This document shows positions 51,202 through 61,700 of a stretch of 64,000 nt of DNA, in pieces; positions within the stretch are counted from its first letter, which is position 1, and every line of letters begins with the position of its first letter. This DNA comes from Terrimicrobiaceae bacterium. Its GTDB lineage: Bacteria; Verrucomicrobiota; Verrucomicrobiia; Chthoniobacterales; Terrimicrobiaceae. A program made the translations under genes and the position numbers. A model generated the notes under the pieces. That model did not search any database, was not told the DNA's origin, and saw only the letters and a program-made list of their open reading frames with translations. The DNA is taken from contig JBIIPZ010000003.1 in the NCBI GenBank assembly GCA_044342325.1, forward strand, positions 1 through 64,000. The letters are read 5' to 3'.

Positions 51202-51894
51202 ATGCCCGACGAAGAAGACGACGAGCCAAGTTTCTTTGCGAAGCACAAAATCAAGATCATCCTTGGTGGCGTTCTCATCGTTGCGTTGGGCATTTACTTC
51301 ATTGGCGCACCAAAATCGGCTCCGAAGAAAAAATCCTCCGGCCCGGTCATGATTTCCCTGCCGCCGCCTCCGCCACCACCTCCCCCGCCACCACCTCCTC
51401 CGCCACCCAAGGAGCAACCGCCCGAGCCCGACACGGTGAAAGAGGAAAAATTCACACCCGAGGAGGTTTCCGAGCCCGAACCTCAAGCCGCACCCGAACC
51501 CGCCCCGATGGGCACGAACCTCGAGGGCAACGGCCCAGACGCCTTCGGCCTCGCCAAAGGCGGCGGCAGCGGCATGATTGGAGGCACCGGCACAGGGAAA
51601 GGCGGCAAGAGTTCGAAATTCGGCGGCTATGCCTCCCAAGTCCAAGGCTCCGTCGTCCAAGCCCTCCGCAACCACAAAAAAACCAAAGCCGCCGCCCTCA
51701 ATGTCACCGCCCGTATCTGGCTGGACGCCACCGGCCGCGTGACCCGCGCCACCATCTCCGGTTCCTCCGGCGACCCCGCCACCGACGCCGCCCTCCGTAA
51801 CGAAATTCTCACCGGTCTGCAAATGCAGGCTCCCCCACCGGAAGGCATGCCGATGCCCATCGTCATGCGACTCAAAGCCACTCGACCCAACTGA
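51202..51894 (+). CDS. TonB-like protein
   Basis: N-terminal TM, polyproline tract, Gly-rich linker, TonB_C-like domain (WLDATGRVTR...SSGDPATDAAL). Confidence 0.82.
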   Translation: MPDEEDDEPSFFAKHKIKIILGGVLIVALGIYFIGAPKSAPKKKSSGPVMISLPPPPPPPPPPPPPPPPKEQPPEPDTVKEEKFTPEEVSEPEPQAAPEPAPMGTNLEGNGPDAFGLAKGGGSGMIGGTGTGKGGKSSKFGGYASQVQGSVVQALRNHKKTKAAALNVTARIWLDATGRVTRATISGSSGDPATDAALRNEILTGLQMQAPPPEGMPMPIVMRLKATRPN

Positions 51895-51898
51895 TCCC

Positions 51899-53977
51899 AT
51901 GAGCCTGCCCACCACACTTCGCCAACTCTCCGCAGCCACGCTGCTGGCCACCACCATCCCGCTCAGCGCGCAGGACTACACAGTTAGCGAACCCGCAAAA
52001 AACAAGATCGTCATCGACTACGCGCAGAATACGGCACCAGCCCCCACGCCTGCTCCAGTCGCTCAGCCGATCACCGACGCCCCTCTCCCGCCGGTTCCAA
52101 TTTCAACTCCAACGCCGCAACCATCGCCGACTCCCGCTCCTGAGCCTGCACCGGCAGCGACGCCTGAACCCAAGCCGATCAACACCACCGTCCAAGAAAC
52201 CCAATCGAACGCCGCGCCACTTCCCGTTGTCGACTCCCCGCTTCCCTCGACTCCATCCACCCCCACCGGCAATGTCACCATCAACCTCATCCAAAAACTC
52301 GTGAAACGCGGCATCCTCACCCAAGAGGAAGCTAACGAAATGATCCGCCAGTCGGAAGCCGAGGCCGAGGCCGTCCGCGCCCAGAGCCAGACCGACATGG
52401 TGGCCATCGCCCAGGCCGCCGCCGTTCAGGTCGTCGCCACATCCGCCCCCGCAGGTTCCGACCTCCCACCCTCCTCACCGGATGACATCCGCGTGACGCA
52501 CATCCCCCAACCCGTCAAGGATCAGATCAAAGAAGAGATCAAACTCGAACTCGCCACCAACCGCACACCTCGAGAAATCAACGCCGCACTGCGCCTTCCG
52601 AAGTGGGTTGAAAATGGCAAAGCCGCTTACGACCTCCGCGTGCGTTACGCCGGCACCTTCTTCCCGACCGGCAACGACGCCTCGGGCGCCTTCCCGAATT
52701 TCAATGCCATTAACACCGGCGCTCCCTTCGATACCACCGGCACCCAGTTCGCACCCCAGCTGAATGTTGACCAGAACCGCAACCAGTATCTCCTCCGCGC
52801 CCGCTTCGGCATGGACTTCGCCATGAGCGAAAACTTCTCCTCTGGCTTCCGCGTGGCCACCGGCAGCAACAACTCACCCGTCTCTACCAACCAAGGCATG
52901 GGCGTCGCCAACTCTGCCACCCAAGGCCAAGGCGGCAACTTCAGCAAATACGCCATCTGGCTCGACCGCGCCTTCATGCGCTACGATTTCAATGTCACCG
53001 AGGCCATCAAGACCACCGCGTGGGCCGGTCGTTTCGAGAACCCGTTCTTCAGCACCCGCCTGACCTGGGATGACGACCTCGGCTTCGACGGCGCCGCCCT
53101 AACCACCAAAGCCAATATCACAGAAAACTTCGCCCTCTTCGGCACTGGCGGCGCGTTCGTTGTTTACAACACCGACTTCAACTTCTCCTCCAACCAGCCA
53201 GCAAAATTCGCCAGTTACGACAAATACCTCATCGGTGGACAGGCTGGCTTCGAGTGGAAAATCGGCGAAGACCTGACATGGAAAACAGCCGTCGCCATTT
53301 ACTACTTCGACAATATCGAAGGCCAACTCTCCGATCCCTACACGCCCCTCACCGTCAACGACGCCGGCAACACGGATAACAGCCGTCCCTCCTTCGCCCA
53401 AAAGGGAAACACCTACATGGCCATCCGCGACATCGTTCCAGATGCCAGCAACGACTTCGGCGCGATCAACCAGTGGCAATACTACGGCCTTGCCACTGAG
53501 TTTACGGAACTCGCCCTCACCTCCCAGATCGACTACGATGGCTTTGAGCCCGTTCGCATTTCCCTCGTCGGCGAATATGTGCAGAACGTCGCCTATAACG
53601 AAACCGACATCAGCGCCATCGCCGTCAACAATCGCGGCGCGATCGACGAGAACGGTCTCACCGACATCGGAGCCTTCGAGGGCAGCCCCTACGGCTGGTT
53701 TGTCGATCTCCGCGTCGGCACGCCTGCCCTTACCAAACGCTGGGACTGGCTCCTCTCCGTCGGCTACCGCTGGATCGGTTCCGACTCCGTGGTTGACGGC
53801 TTCAACGACTCCGACTTCGGCGGAGGCGGCACCAACATGCAGGGCTTCACAGCAGCCGGCTTCCTCTCCCTCTCCGAGAATGTCTACCTCGGCCTGCGCT
53901 GGATGGGCTCCGAAAGCATCGCCGGACCGCAATACGACACCAATATCTTCTACCTCGAGCTCAACTCCAAATTCTAA
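51899..53977 (+). CDS. Putative outer-membrane porin with long periplasmic N-terminal extension
   Basis: Signal peptide, Pro/Thr-rich linker, NLIQKLVKRGILTQEEA helix, amphipathic beta-strands (DLRVRY, RARFG, WLDRAF), C-terminal beta-signal LELNSKF. Confidence 0.8.
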   Translation: MSLPTTLRQLSAATLLATTIPLSAQDYTVSEPAKNKIVIDYAQNTAPAPTPAPVAQPITDAPLPPVPISTPTPQPSPTPAPEPAPAATPEPKPINTTVQETQSNAAPLPVVDSPLPSTPSTPTGNVTINLIQKLVKRGILTQEEANEMIRQSEAEAEAVRAQSQTDMVAIAQAAAVQVVATSAPAGSDLPPSSPDDIRVTHIPQPVKDQIKEEIKLELATNRTPREINAALRLPKWVENGKAAYDLRVRYAGTFFPTGNDASGAFPNFNAINTGAPFDTTGTQFAPQLNVDQNRNQYLLRARFGMDFAMSENFSSGFRVATGSNNSPVSTNQGMGVANSATQGQGGNFSKYAIWLDRAFMRYDFNVTEAIKTTAWAGRFENPFFSTRLTWDDDLGFDGAALTTKANITENFALFGTGGAFVVYNTDFNFSSNQPAKFASYDKYLIGGQAGFEWKIGEDLTWKTAVAIYYFDNIEGQLSDPYTPLTVNDAGNTDNSRPSFAQKGNTYMAIRDIVPDASNDFGAINQWQYYGLATEFTELALTSQIDYDGFEPVRISLVGEYVQNVAYNETDISAIAVNNRGAIDENGLTDIGAFEGSPYGWFVDLRVGTPALTKRWDWLLSVGYRWIGSDSVVDGFNDSDFGGGGTNMQGFTAAGFLSLSENVYLGLRWMGSESIAGPQYDTNIFYLELNSKF

Positions 53978-53983
53978 CGCCAC

Positions 53984-54634
53984 ATGAAAATCAAAACTTA
54001 CGCCCTCCTGGCCGCAGCCGCCGTCCTCCTCGCGCCTATCCTCCTCGCGCCTATCCTCCACGCCGCCGAGGAAGACCCCACCGCAAAGTTCCGCGAAGCC
54101 CTCAAGGACACCATGCTCAAGCTCCGCGCCGCGCAAACCGACCTCGCCAACGCCCAAGCCGCCCAATACGCCGCCGAGGCCAAGGCGACCGAACTCACCG
54201 CGAAAACCGAGTCCCTCAACAAGGAACTCGCCAACGAGCGCAACACCTCCACCAACATGATCGCCGATCTCAATAAAAAGATCGCCGACCGCGACGGCTC
54301 GATCCTTGAACTCAACGCCGCCCTCGCCAAATGGAAAAAATCCTACGGCGAAGTCGCCAAACTCGCCTCCAAACGCGAAGGCCAACGTGCCACACTCGAC
54401 ACCAAACGCATCGAACTCGAACGCAAAGTCCAAGACGAACAACAAAAAAACATCGAGATGTATCAAGCCGGCATGGAAATCCTCGACCGCTACGAGAAAT
54501 TCGGCCTCGGCGACGCCATCCTCGCCCGCGAACCCTTCACCGCCGCCAAACGCGTCAAATTCCAAAACCTCGTCCAAGACCTCTCCGACAAACTCACCGA
54601 CGCCCGCATCCCCGCCGACGCCCCTGAAAAGTAA
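53984..54634 (+). CDS. Exported coiled-coil protein
   Basis: Signal peptide, A/E/K/L-rich helix, C-terminal EPFTAAKRVKFQNLVQD. Confidence 0.8.
   Translation: MKIKTYALLAAAAVLLAPILLAPILHAAEEDPTAKFREALKDTMLKLRAAQTDLANAQAAQYAAEAKATELTAKTESLNKELANERNTSTNMIADLNKKIADRDGSILELNAALAKWKKSYGEVAKLASKREGQRATLDTKRIELERKVQDEQQKNIEMYQAGMEILDRYEKFGLGDAILAREPFTAAKRVKFQNLVQDLSDKLTDARIPADAPEK
54024..54059 (+). repeat. 15-bp perfect tandem repeat, 2.4 copies, in frame
   Basis: TCCTCCTCGCGCCTA twice plus TCCTCC; encodes LLAPI-LLAPI-L. Confidence 0.9.
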
Positions 54635-54680
54635 CCAGATCCGTCCAATCAGCCCGATCCGTCCAATCCAAAAACCCACC

Positions 54681-55556
54681 ATGCTCCGCCAAACCACCCT
54701 CGCCCTCCTCGCCGCCACCTCACTCACCCTCCCAGCCCGTGCAGCCGACTCCGTCATCGCCCGTGCCGGCGACCGCGACATCACCGTCGCGCAAATCCAG
54801 CCCTACCTCTCCAGCCTTAGCGAAGCCGACCGCGCCGCCCTCAAGCAAAACCCCGCCGCCCTCAGCCAAGCAGTCCGAACCCTCATTCTCCAACAAGTCC
54901 TCCTCAAAGAAGCCAGCAACGCCGACTGGGACGATAAGCCCGACAACCAGGCCCTCCTCGCCCGCGTGCGCGACGCCGCCATCGCCGAGAGCTACCTCGA
55001 ATCCGTCACCAAAGTCCCCGCCGACTTCCCCTCGGATGCCGAAGTCAAGGAAGTCTACGACGCCCGCAAGGCCGAACTCACCCTCCCCAAGCAATACCGC
55101 CTCGCCCAAATCTTCATCGCCAACGGCACCGACCCCGCCAAAGCCAAGGCCAAAGCCGACGCCCTCGCCAAACAGGTAAAATCCGGCGACTTCGCCGCCC
55201 TCGCCAAAACCAACAGCGACGAACCCCGCAGCGCTGCCAACGGTGGCGAGATCGGACTCCTCCCCGAAGACTCTATCCAGCCCGCCATCCGCAAAGCTCT
55301 CACCGGCCTGGCCAAAGGCGCCACCGCCGGCCCCATCGAGCTCGGCGATGGACTCTACTTCGTCAAAATCCTCGACATCCAAGAACCCCGCACCGCCACC
55401 CTCGACGAGATCAAACCCCAAATCATCCGCGCCCTCCGCACCGAGCGCCAGAACCTAAACCGCCAAGCCTACCTCCAACGCCTCCAAGCCCAAGCCCCCA
55501 TCACCCTCGACGAAATCGCCTTACCCGCCCTCCTCAAACCAGACGACAAAAAATAA
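54681..55556 (+). CDS. Parvulin-type peptidyl-prolyl isomerase / PrsA-SurA-like chaperone
   Basis: Signal peptide from ATG 54681; YRLAQIF, FAALAKTNSDE, ANGGEIG. Confidence 0.87.
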   Translation: MLRQTTLALLAATSLTLPARAADSVIARAGDRDITVAQIQPYLSSLSEADRAALKQNPAALSQAVRTLILQQVLLKEASNADWDDKPDNQALLARVRDAAIAESYLESVTKVPADFPSDAEVKEVYDARKAELTLPKQYRLAQIFIANGTDPAKAKAKADALAKQVKSGDFAALAKTNSDEPRSAANGGEIGLLPEDSIQPAIRKALTGLAKGATAGPIELGDGLYFVKILDIQEPRTATLDEIKPQIIRALRTERQNLNRQAYLQRLQAQAPITLDEIALPALLKPDDKK

Positions 55557-55564
55557 CCCCGCAA

Positions 55565-55581
55565 GTTACAAAATCGTCACA
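55565..55581 (+). promoter_or_regulatory. 11-bp-period direct repeat (Pho-box-like) upstream of the giant exoprotein gene
   Basis: GTTACA-AAATC-GTCACA; same half-sites and spacing as the reverse complement of the site at 47116-47133. Confidence 0.45.
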
Positions 55582-55640
55582 CAACCAACCCTAAACCCAA
55601 ACCCAACCCCGCCGATCCTAAACCCTCACGATCCATCCAC

Positions 55641-55708
55641 CGTCAATAAGGTCACCAAGGTCAATCAGGTCATCCCGCTCCGTCAGACTTGCCCGATCCG
55701 CCCAATCC
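55641..55708. repeat. Two adjacent 9-bp-period repeat arrays
   Basis: CGTCAATAA GGTCACCAA GGTCAATCA GGTCATCCC, then TCCGTCAGA CTTGCCCGA TCCGCCCAA TCC. Confidence 0.6.
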
Positions 55709-55724
55709 ATAAAACTCACCACCC

Positions 55725-58700
55725 ATGTTGAAAACCGGCCACCGCACCAAATACCACCTCCGCGCATTCGAGTTCCTCGCAGCGCGTAGGCGTTCGCGTG
55801 CCGTTCTCACATGCACCCTCCTCGCCTCCTTCCTCGCCACCATGCCCACCGCTGGTCTGCAAGCCGGCGACATCCTCCGTGGGGGAGCCAGCGGCGGTAA
55901 CGCCAAGCGAAACTCCGAAGCTCGTGCCAACGCCGGAGCCGCTGCAGCCGAAGCCGCCAAAGTCCGCGCCCAAGACCGCCTCGCCCGCACCACGAAGGCC
56001 GTCAACGACATGCGCGCTCTCCAAGCCTCCGCCCGCGCCGCAGCCGCAGCAAATACCATACCCAACGGCCTCATAGAAGGCGGCTTGAACCCGATTGTGG
56101 GAGGCACATGGACAGGAGCCAACCCGGCAACAGCCTCGGGCAACAATGTCAACATCAAGCAAACTGCCGCCCAAGCCCTTCTCCACTGGAGAACCTTCAA
56201 TGTCGGCAGCCAGACCACCCTCAACTTCGACCAATCCGCTGGCGGAGCCGACTCTGGCAAATGGATCGCCTTCAACAAAGTCTTCGATCCGGACGCCAAA
56301 CCCTCCCAAATCCGAGGCAAAATTAACGCCCAAGGCCAAGTCTACATCATCAACCAGAACGGCATCGTCTTCGGCGCCGGATCCCAAGTCAACGCCCGCA
56401 CCCTCGTCGCTTCTGCCCTTCCCATCAACGACAATCTGGTCGCCAACGGCCTCCTCAACAACCGTAATGCCGAGTTCCTATTCTCCAAGGATTTCGCAAA
56501 TGATCCCACCGCCACATTCGGCGATATCGTCGTTGAACGCGGGGCTCTCTTGAGCAGCCCCGAAGGCGAAGGCGGCAACGGCGGACGCATCATGCTCTTA
56601 GGCGCGAATGTCCGGAATGCCGGTGAAATTTCCACCCCCTCGGGCCAGTCAATCCTCGCCGCAGGCCTCCAAGTCGGTGTCGCAGCGCACGCCGAATCCG
56701 ACCCCAGCCTTCGAGGGCTTGATGTATGGGTTGGAGATGTTGGAAGTTACGGCGGCACTGTCGCCAATTCAGGCTTAGTCGAGTCCCAGCGCGGATCCAT
56801 CGTCGCTGTCGGCAAGCAAATCACCCAATCAGGCGCCCTGGAAAGCTCTACCTCCGTAAACCTCAACGGCCGCATCGATCTCCTCGCTAGCTATGGCGCG
56901 GTGGGCTTTCCGGGATACGATTCCTCCTTCCAACCTCCATTCTTGAATCGCTCGACCGGAATCGTGGAGTTTTCGTCTGGCAGCACAACTCGAATCCTTC
57001 CAGATTTCTCCTCCAACAAAAAAATCCCTGGCACCAAGCTCGCCCAGTCATCCCAAGTAAATATTGAGGGCTTGGGAATCCACTTTGCGGGAGGCTCTTC
57101 CCTCATCGCAACCGCGGGTGCCGTCGGCATCCGCGCGGGAATCTGGCCGTTTGTGGACACCAACAACGACGGCATTGTCACAAACGCTACTGAAGCCTCT
57201 CAGCAAATCAGCAACGGACGCCAACGCTTCCTCCTATCCGGGGGGCAGGTCAATATCGCCTCCAGCGCACTGCTCGATGCCAGCGGAACGATGGATGCCT
57301 TTGTGCCGCTTGCGAATAATTTCCTCGCCGTCCAACTCCGCGGTTCCGAACTCGCCGACTCTCCCCTCCAGCGCTCCGGCGGCCTTCGAGGCAAACCTCT
57401 CTTGGTCGATCTACGTCGCTCAGGCAGTTACGGAGGACGCGGCTGGATCGGCACGCCGCTCGGCGACCTGACCGGTTTTGCCAATATCACTGAACGCGAC
57501 ATCGCCCAACTAACTACTCACGGTGGATCGATCTCTATCTCCGCCGGCGATTCGGTCAGTGCCGCCACCGGGGCCACCATTGATGTATCGGGAGGCTATT
57601 TCACCCACGAGGGAGGGGCTGTCAGAACTTCACGCCTGTTGCGCGACGCCAATATTGTAGACATGCACAACGCCACCCCGGATGTCGAGTATGATGGCGT
57701 CTATGACGGCCTCTCGACTTTCGGCTCCTCAAAATGGGGAGCTACCGAAACCTACACCCACCCGCTTGCCCCGCTGGGTGGTGGAAACGAACGCTCTCAT
57801 GTTGAAGGCGCTGCCGCTGGAACATTGTCCATTACAGCGCCAAAAATGGCTCTGGCTGCCGAACTCCTCGGCCAATCGATCACCGGCCCTCGCCAGCAAC
57901 TCCTGCCGGCAGCCCAAGGAACGCTCCAAATCAAATTCCAAGGAGAGACCAAGTTTTCGACCGGTGGTTCCAACTTTGTTTTCCTGAACCAATCACCGGC
58001 ATCACCGAATGTCGTGTTTACCAACAACTCTCCAAGCGCAGCGCCTTTTGATTTCAAGGTGGTCGACGGAACTCCAACAGAGATGCCCTTCAGCGCAGGG
58101 GCCACTTTTGCGGTTTCGTCGGACTGGTGGGAGGAAGAGGAAGGAGGTTTCGGAAACATCGAAATCGAAAACACCGAAGGAGACATTACGGTGCCCTCTA
58201 GCAATCCCCTCGCCCTCCCCGCTGGCGGCTCGTTGAAAATCGCCGGTCGCAACATTTCGGTGAACTCGAATGTTTCCGCTCCCGGCGGATCAATCCTCAT
58301 GACCGCCTACAACTACACGCCGATGGCCTATGCCCGGGCAGCGGCGGAAGGCTTGTTCCAAAATGTCGCCGCCCCGGCCGCCATCGCAGGCCAAGGAACG
58401 GTCCGTGTCGCAAAAGGCGTATATTTGGATGTTGCTGGACAATTTGCTGATGAACGCCCCTCCTCGATCAATCCTTATCAAAACAAGGTTCTTCTTTCGG
58501 GCGGCACGGTCTCTCTCACGGGCTACTCGGTCTTGCTTGAACCCGGATCGCTGGTGGATGCCTCCGGTGGCGTTCGAGGCAGACCAAGTGGCAAATTCCA
58601 ATACGGCAACGGTGGCTCGATTTCCATACTGGCCGGAAAGGATCCATCCCTCTCGACCACGACGGGCGGCAAGCTACAGCTCGATGGCACGCTCCAAGCC

Positions 58701-61700
58701 TACTCGGTTGCCAAGGGCGGTTCCCTCTCGCTTCAGGCAAATACAGTTCAAATCGGCGGCACCTCTGCGCCCGAAGGCACGTTTTTCCTACAACCTGACT
58801 TTTTCCGTAAAGGAGGCTTTACGAATTACTCGGTCCAAGGCATTGGAGCTCGCGCCACAGATGGATCTTATGTGCCCGGCGTGAAAGTAGTCTCGGGAAC
58901 CGTCATCGAGCCAGTGGCAGAACAATGGCGTCACTTGCCCATGGCAGATGCGAAAAAACTATCAAATGCCATTGCTCGTCTCGGCGATCAGGAAAGCGCG
59001 CAAACCGCATCAATTTTGGCCGAAGCGGGATCATACTCGGATTTGAGCAGCTTGGGATTCCGCCGAATGGGCATGGATGCCCTGTTCCCTGTGCTTTTGC
59101 CCGAGGGTCTGCGCCAACCAGCCAGCCTGACACTTTCCGCTTCAGGTTATGACGATGCCTTCACCGAGGATCGGGTGGAAGCCCTCGGCATAGTGGATTT
59201 CCAAGAAGAAGCCAAGATTCTCACCGATGCAGGTGCAACTGTTCGGATGTCGGGTGATTTTGTTCGAGTCGCCGGAGAAATCAGCGCGCCGGGTGGCACG
59301 ATAGAAATAACCGGTCGGTCTTCATTCCGCCTCCCCCAAACGACCGTGGCCAGCTTTGCTTTGCCTACTGTCCACCTGACACCCTCCGCCAAGCTTTCTG
59401 TGGCGGGCAAAACAGTCCAACTCGATGACCCCTACACATGGAACGCCGGCATCATCCACCCCGGCGGCACAATCAAGATCTCGGGCAACATCCTCGCCGA
59501 ATCCGGATCTCTGCTCGACGCTTCAGGCACATCGGCCGTTCTGGATTTTCACCCCTCGCGCCTTGACCCGGAGCTTGTCGGCAAAGCTCCCGCCAACTCC
59601 GGTTTGAACTCGGCCCCATGGCAACGCCAGGCCGTTGCGGTTAGAGTGGACAGCGATGGCGGTCGCATCGAACTCTCGGGCTCGCAATTTCTTTATGCAG
59701 ACTCGACACTTCTGGCAAAAGCCGGTGGCGAAACGGCGGTTGGTGGAACTCTTTCAGTTTCCTCGGGGAGGTTCTACGCCTCGGGCGAATCCCGAACCGG
59801 CGCTGACACCAATCTCTTCCTGGCGGCAAGCGGCCAAGCCTCGCGCATTGCTTCCACCTCCACACTGTCGAATATTTCCAGCGGCCTGCTCGCCAGCTCA
59901 ACGCCGGACGCCTACCTTGCCTCCACACTCCTATCGGCCACGACAGGCTCTCAAGGCGTCGGGTTCTTCGCCATGGATCGTTTCATAAGCGGTGGATTCG
60001 ACTTCCTCGACCTCGGATTCAAATATTTCAAGGACGCCTCGCCGATTCCATACGGCGGCAATTTGGAATTTCTCGAATCTGTATCGATCAATGCCAAAGG
60101 TGCGGTTCGTCTCGCCGGTGGCGGGGTCATTCGCTCCACATTCCCTGTCTCCGTCTCGGCCCCCTATGTTGCCATCGGCCAGGAATTCCTCGCACCACTC
60201 AACCCCGCAGACCCCTACCAACCTTTCCGCGAATTCAACGCAGGCACAGGAGGAACTCCATCCTACAACTTCGCGCCTTCTTTGGGTGACGGCTCTCTCA
60301 CCGTCTCAGCGAAGCTGATCGATATCGGAACACTCGTCACCAGGGGAATCTCAAACACCAAGTTCACCTCGGAAGGCGATATCCGGGGCAACGGCATCGT
60401 CAGCGTTGCAGGCAAGCTCTCTTTCCAAGCCGCCCAGATGTATCCCACCACCGGCTCTCGCTTTGATGTGTTCGCCTACGACAGCGGTGCCACGAAAGGC
60501 TCGATCTCCGTCACCTCGACATCCACCCCCTCCCTTCCTCTTTCCGCCGGAGGCCGACTCCGCATGTTCGCCGACTCCATCCAGATCGCCGGAAATCTCC
60601 GCGCCCCGATGGGGTCGATTGTCTTGGGTTGGGATGGAACCGCCTCCTCCAAGCCAGAAAACATTGTTGTCGGCAGCACAGCCACCCTCTCAGCCACTTC
60701 CAGCTTGAGCTTGGCCAAGGGAGCATCCATTTCCGTATCGGGCGTCGATCCCACAACAGGAACTGAAATTCTTGTTCCCTACGGCATCAGCCCGGATGGC
60801 CTAACTTGGATCGATCCACGCGGCGTCGATATCACTGTTTCGGGCCTCCCAGACCGCGGTGTCAGCCTTGCAGGAAATAGCGTCGCCATGGATTCCAGCG
60901 CCACCATCGACCTGCGCGGCGGAGGCGATTTATTGGCCTACCGCTGGATTCCAGGCATCGGTGGATCGGCTGACCCTCTCGGCACTGCCACGCGCTCTTG
61001 GTCTTCGGGCTCGGAATACAATGCTGGCGACCTCGTGAGCCACAGCGGGAAAACATGGTCGGCCCGCCGCGATATCGACCCGACCGACTTCACATCCTCT
61101 CCCACGCCCTCCGAAAGCGTCTATTGGAGTCTCGTTCCCGAATCCTACGCCGTCTTGCCGGGAACAGCCCTTAACTTCTCTCCTTTCAACCCCTTCAACT
61201 CCGGCGTGAACTCTGGCAGCCTCTCGGGCGATCCAGGATTTGTCTCAAGCTCCTTGCGGGTTGGCGAGCAGGTCGAACTCCCCGCTTCAAGCGGACTTGC
61301 CGCGGGATCGCACACACTCCTGCCCAGACGCTATGCGATCCTTCCCGGAGCCTTCCTGGTTGTGCCTCAAAGCGGATCACTCACAAACACAAGCGCCGTC
61401 AGGTCCACCCGCAGCCCTGGGGCACTTAAATCAGCTCCTTCGAATACCCAAGCAGTCGAGATGGCGGAAGGCTCGCGCTTTGTCTCGGGGCGGACTCTCA
61501 ATGGACTTACCTCAACCACCGAAACCTCGCCCGTGCTCTCCCGCTTCGAGGTAGTCCCTCCGACCGTCATCGCTGACCGCGTGCAGTTCGACACCTACAA
61601 GGCCAATGAATTCCTCGCAGCGGCAGCAGCCCGACTTGACCTGCCTGAAACCCAAATGCTCCCAAAGGACTCGGCTCCGCTCCACATCCAAGGAAACCAC

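Noticed and set aside
54306..54680. N-terminal 125 codons of the 416-aa ORF
   Set aside because: Out-of-frame overlap with the coiled-coil gene; the real signal peptide starts at Met 54681
50602..54784. Long minus-strand ORFs 50602..51957 and 53099..54784
   Set aside because: Antisense shadows produced by the strongly C-ending codon usage of the plus-strand genes
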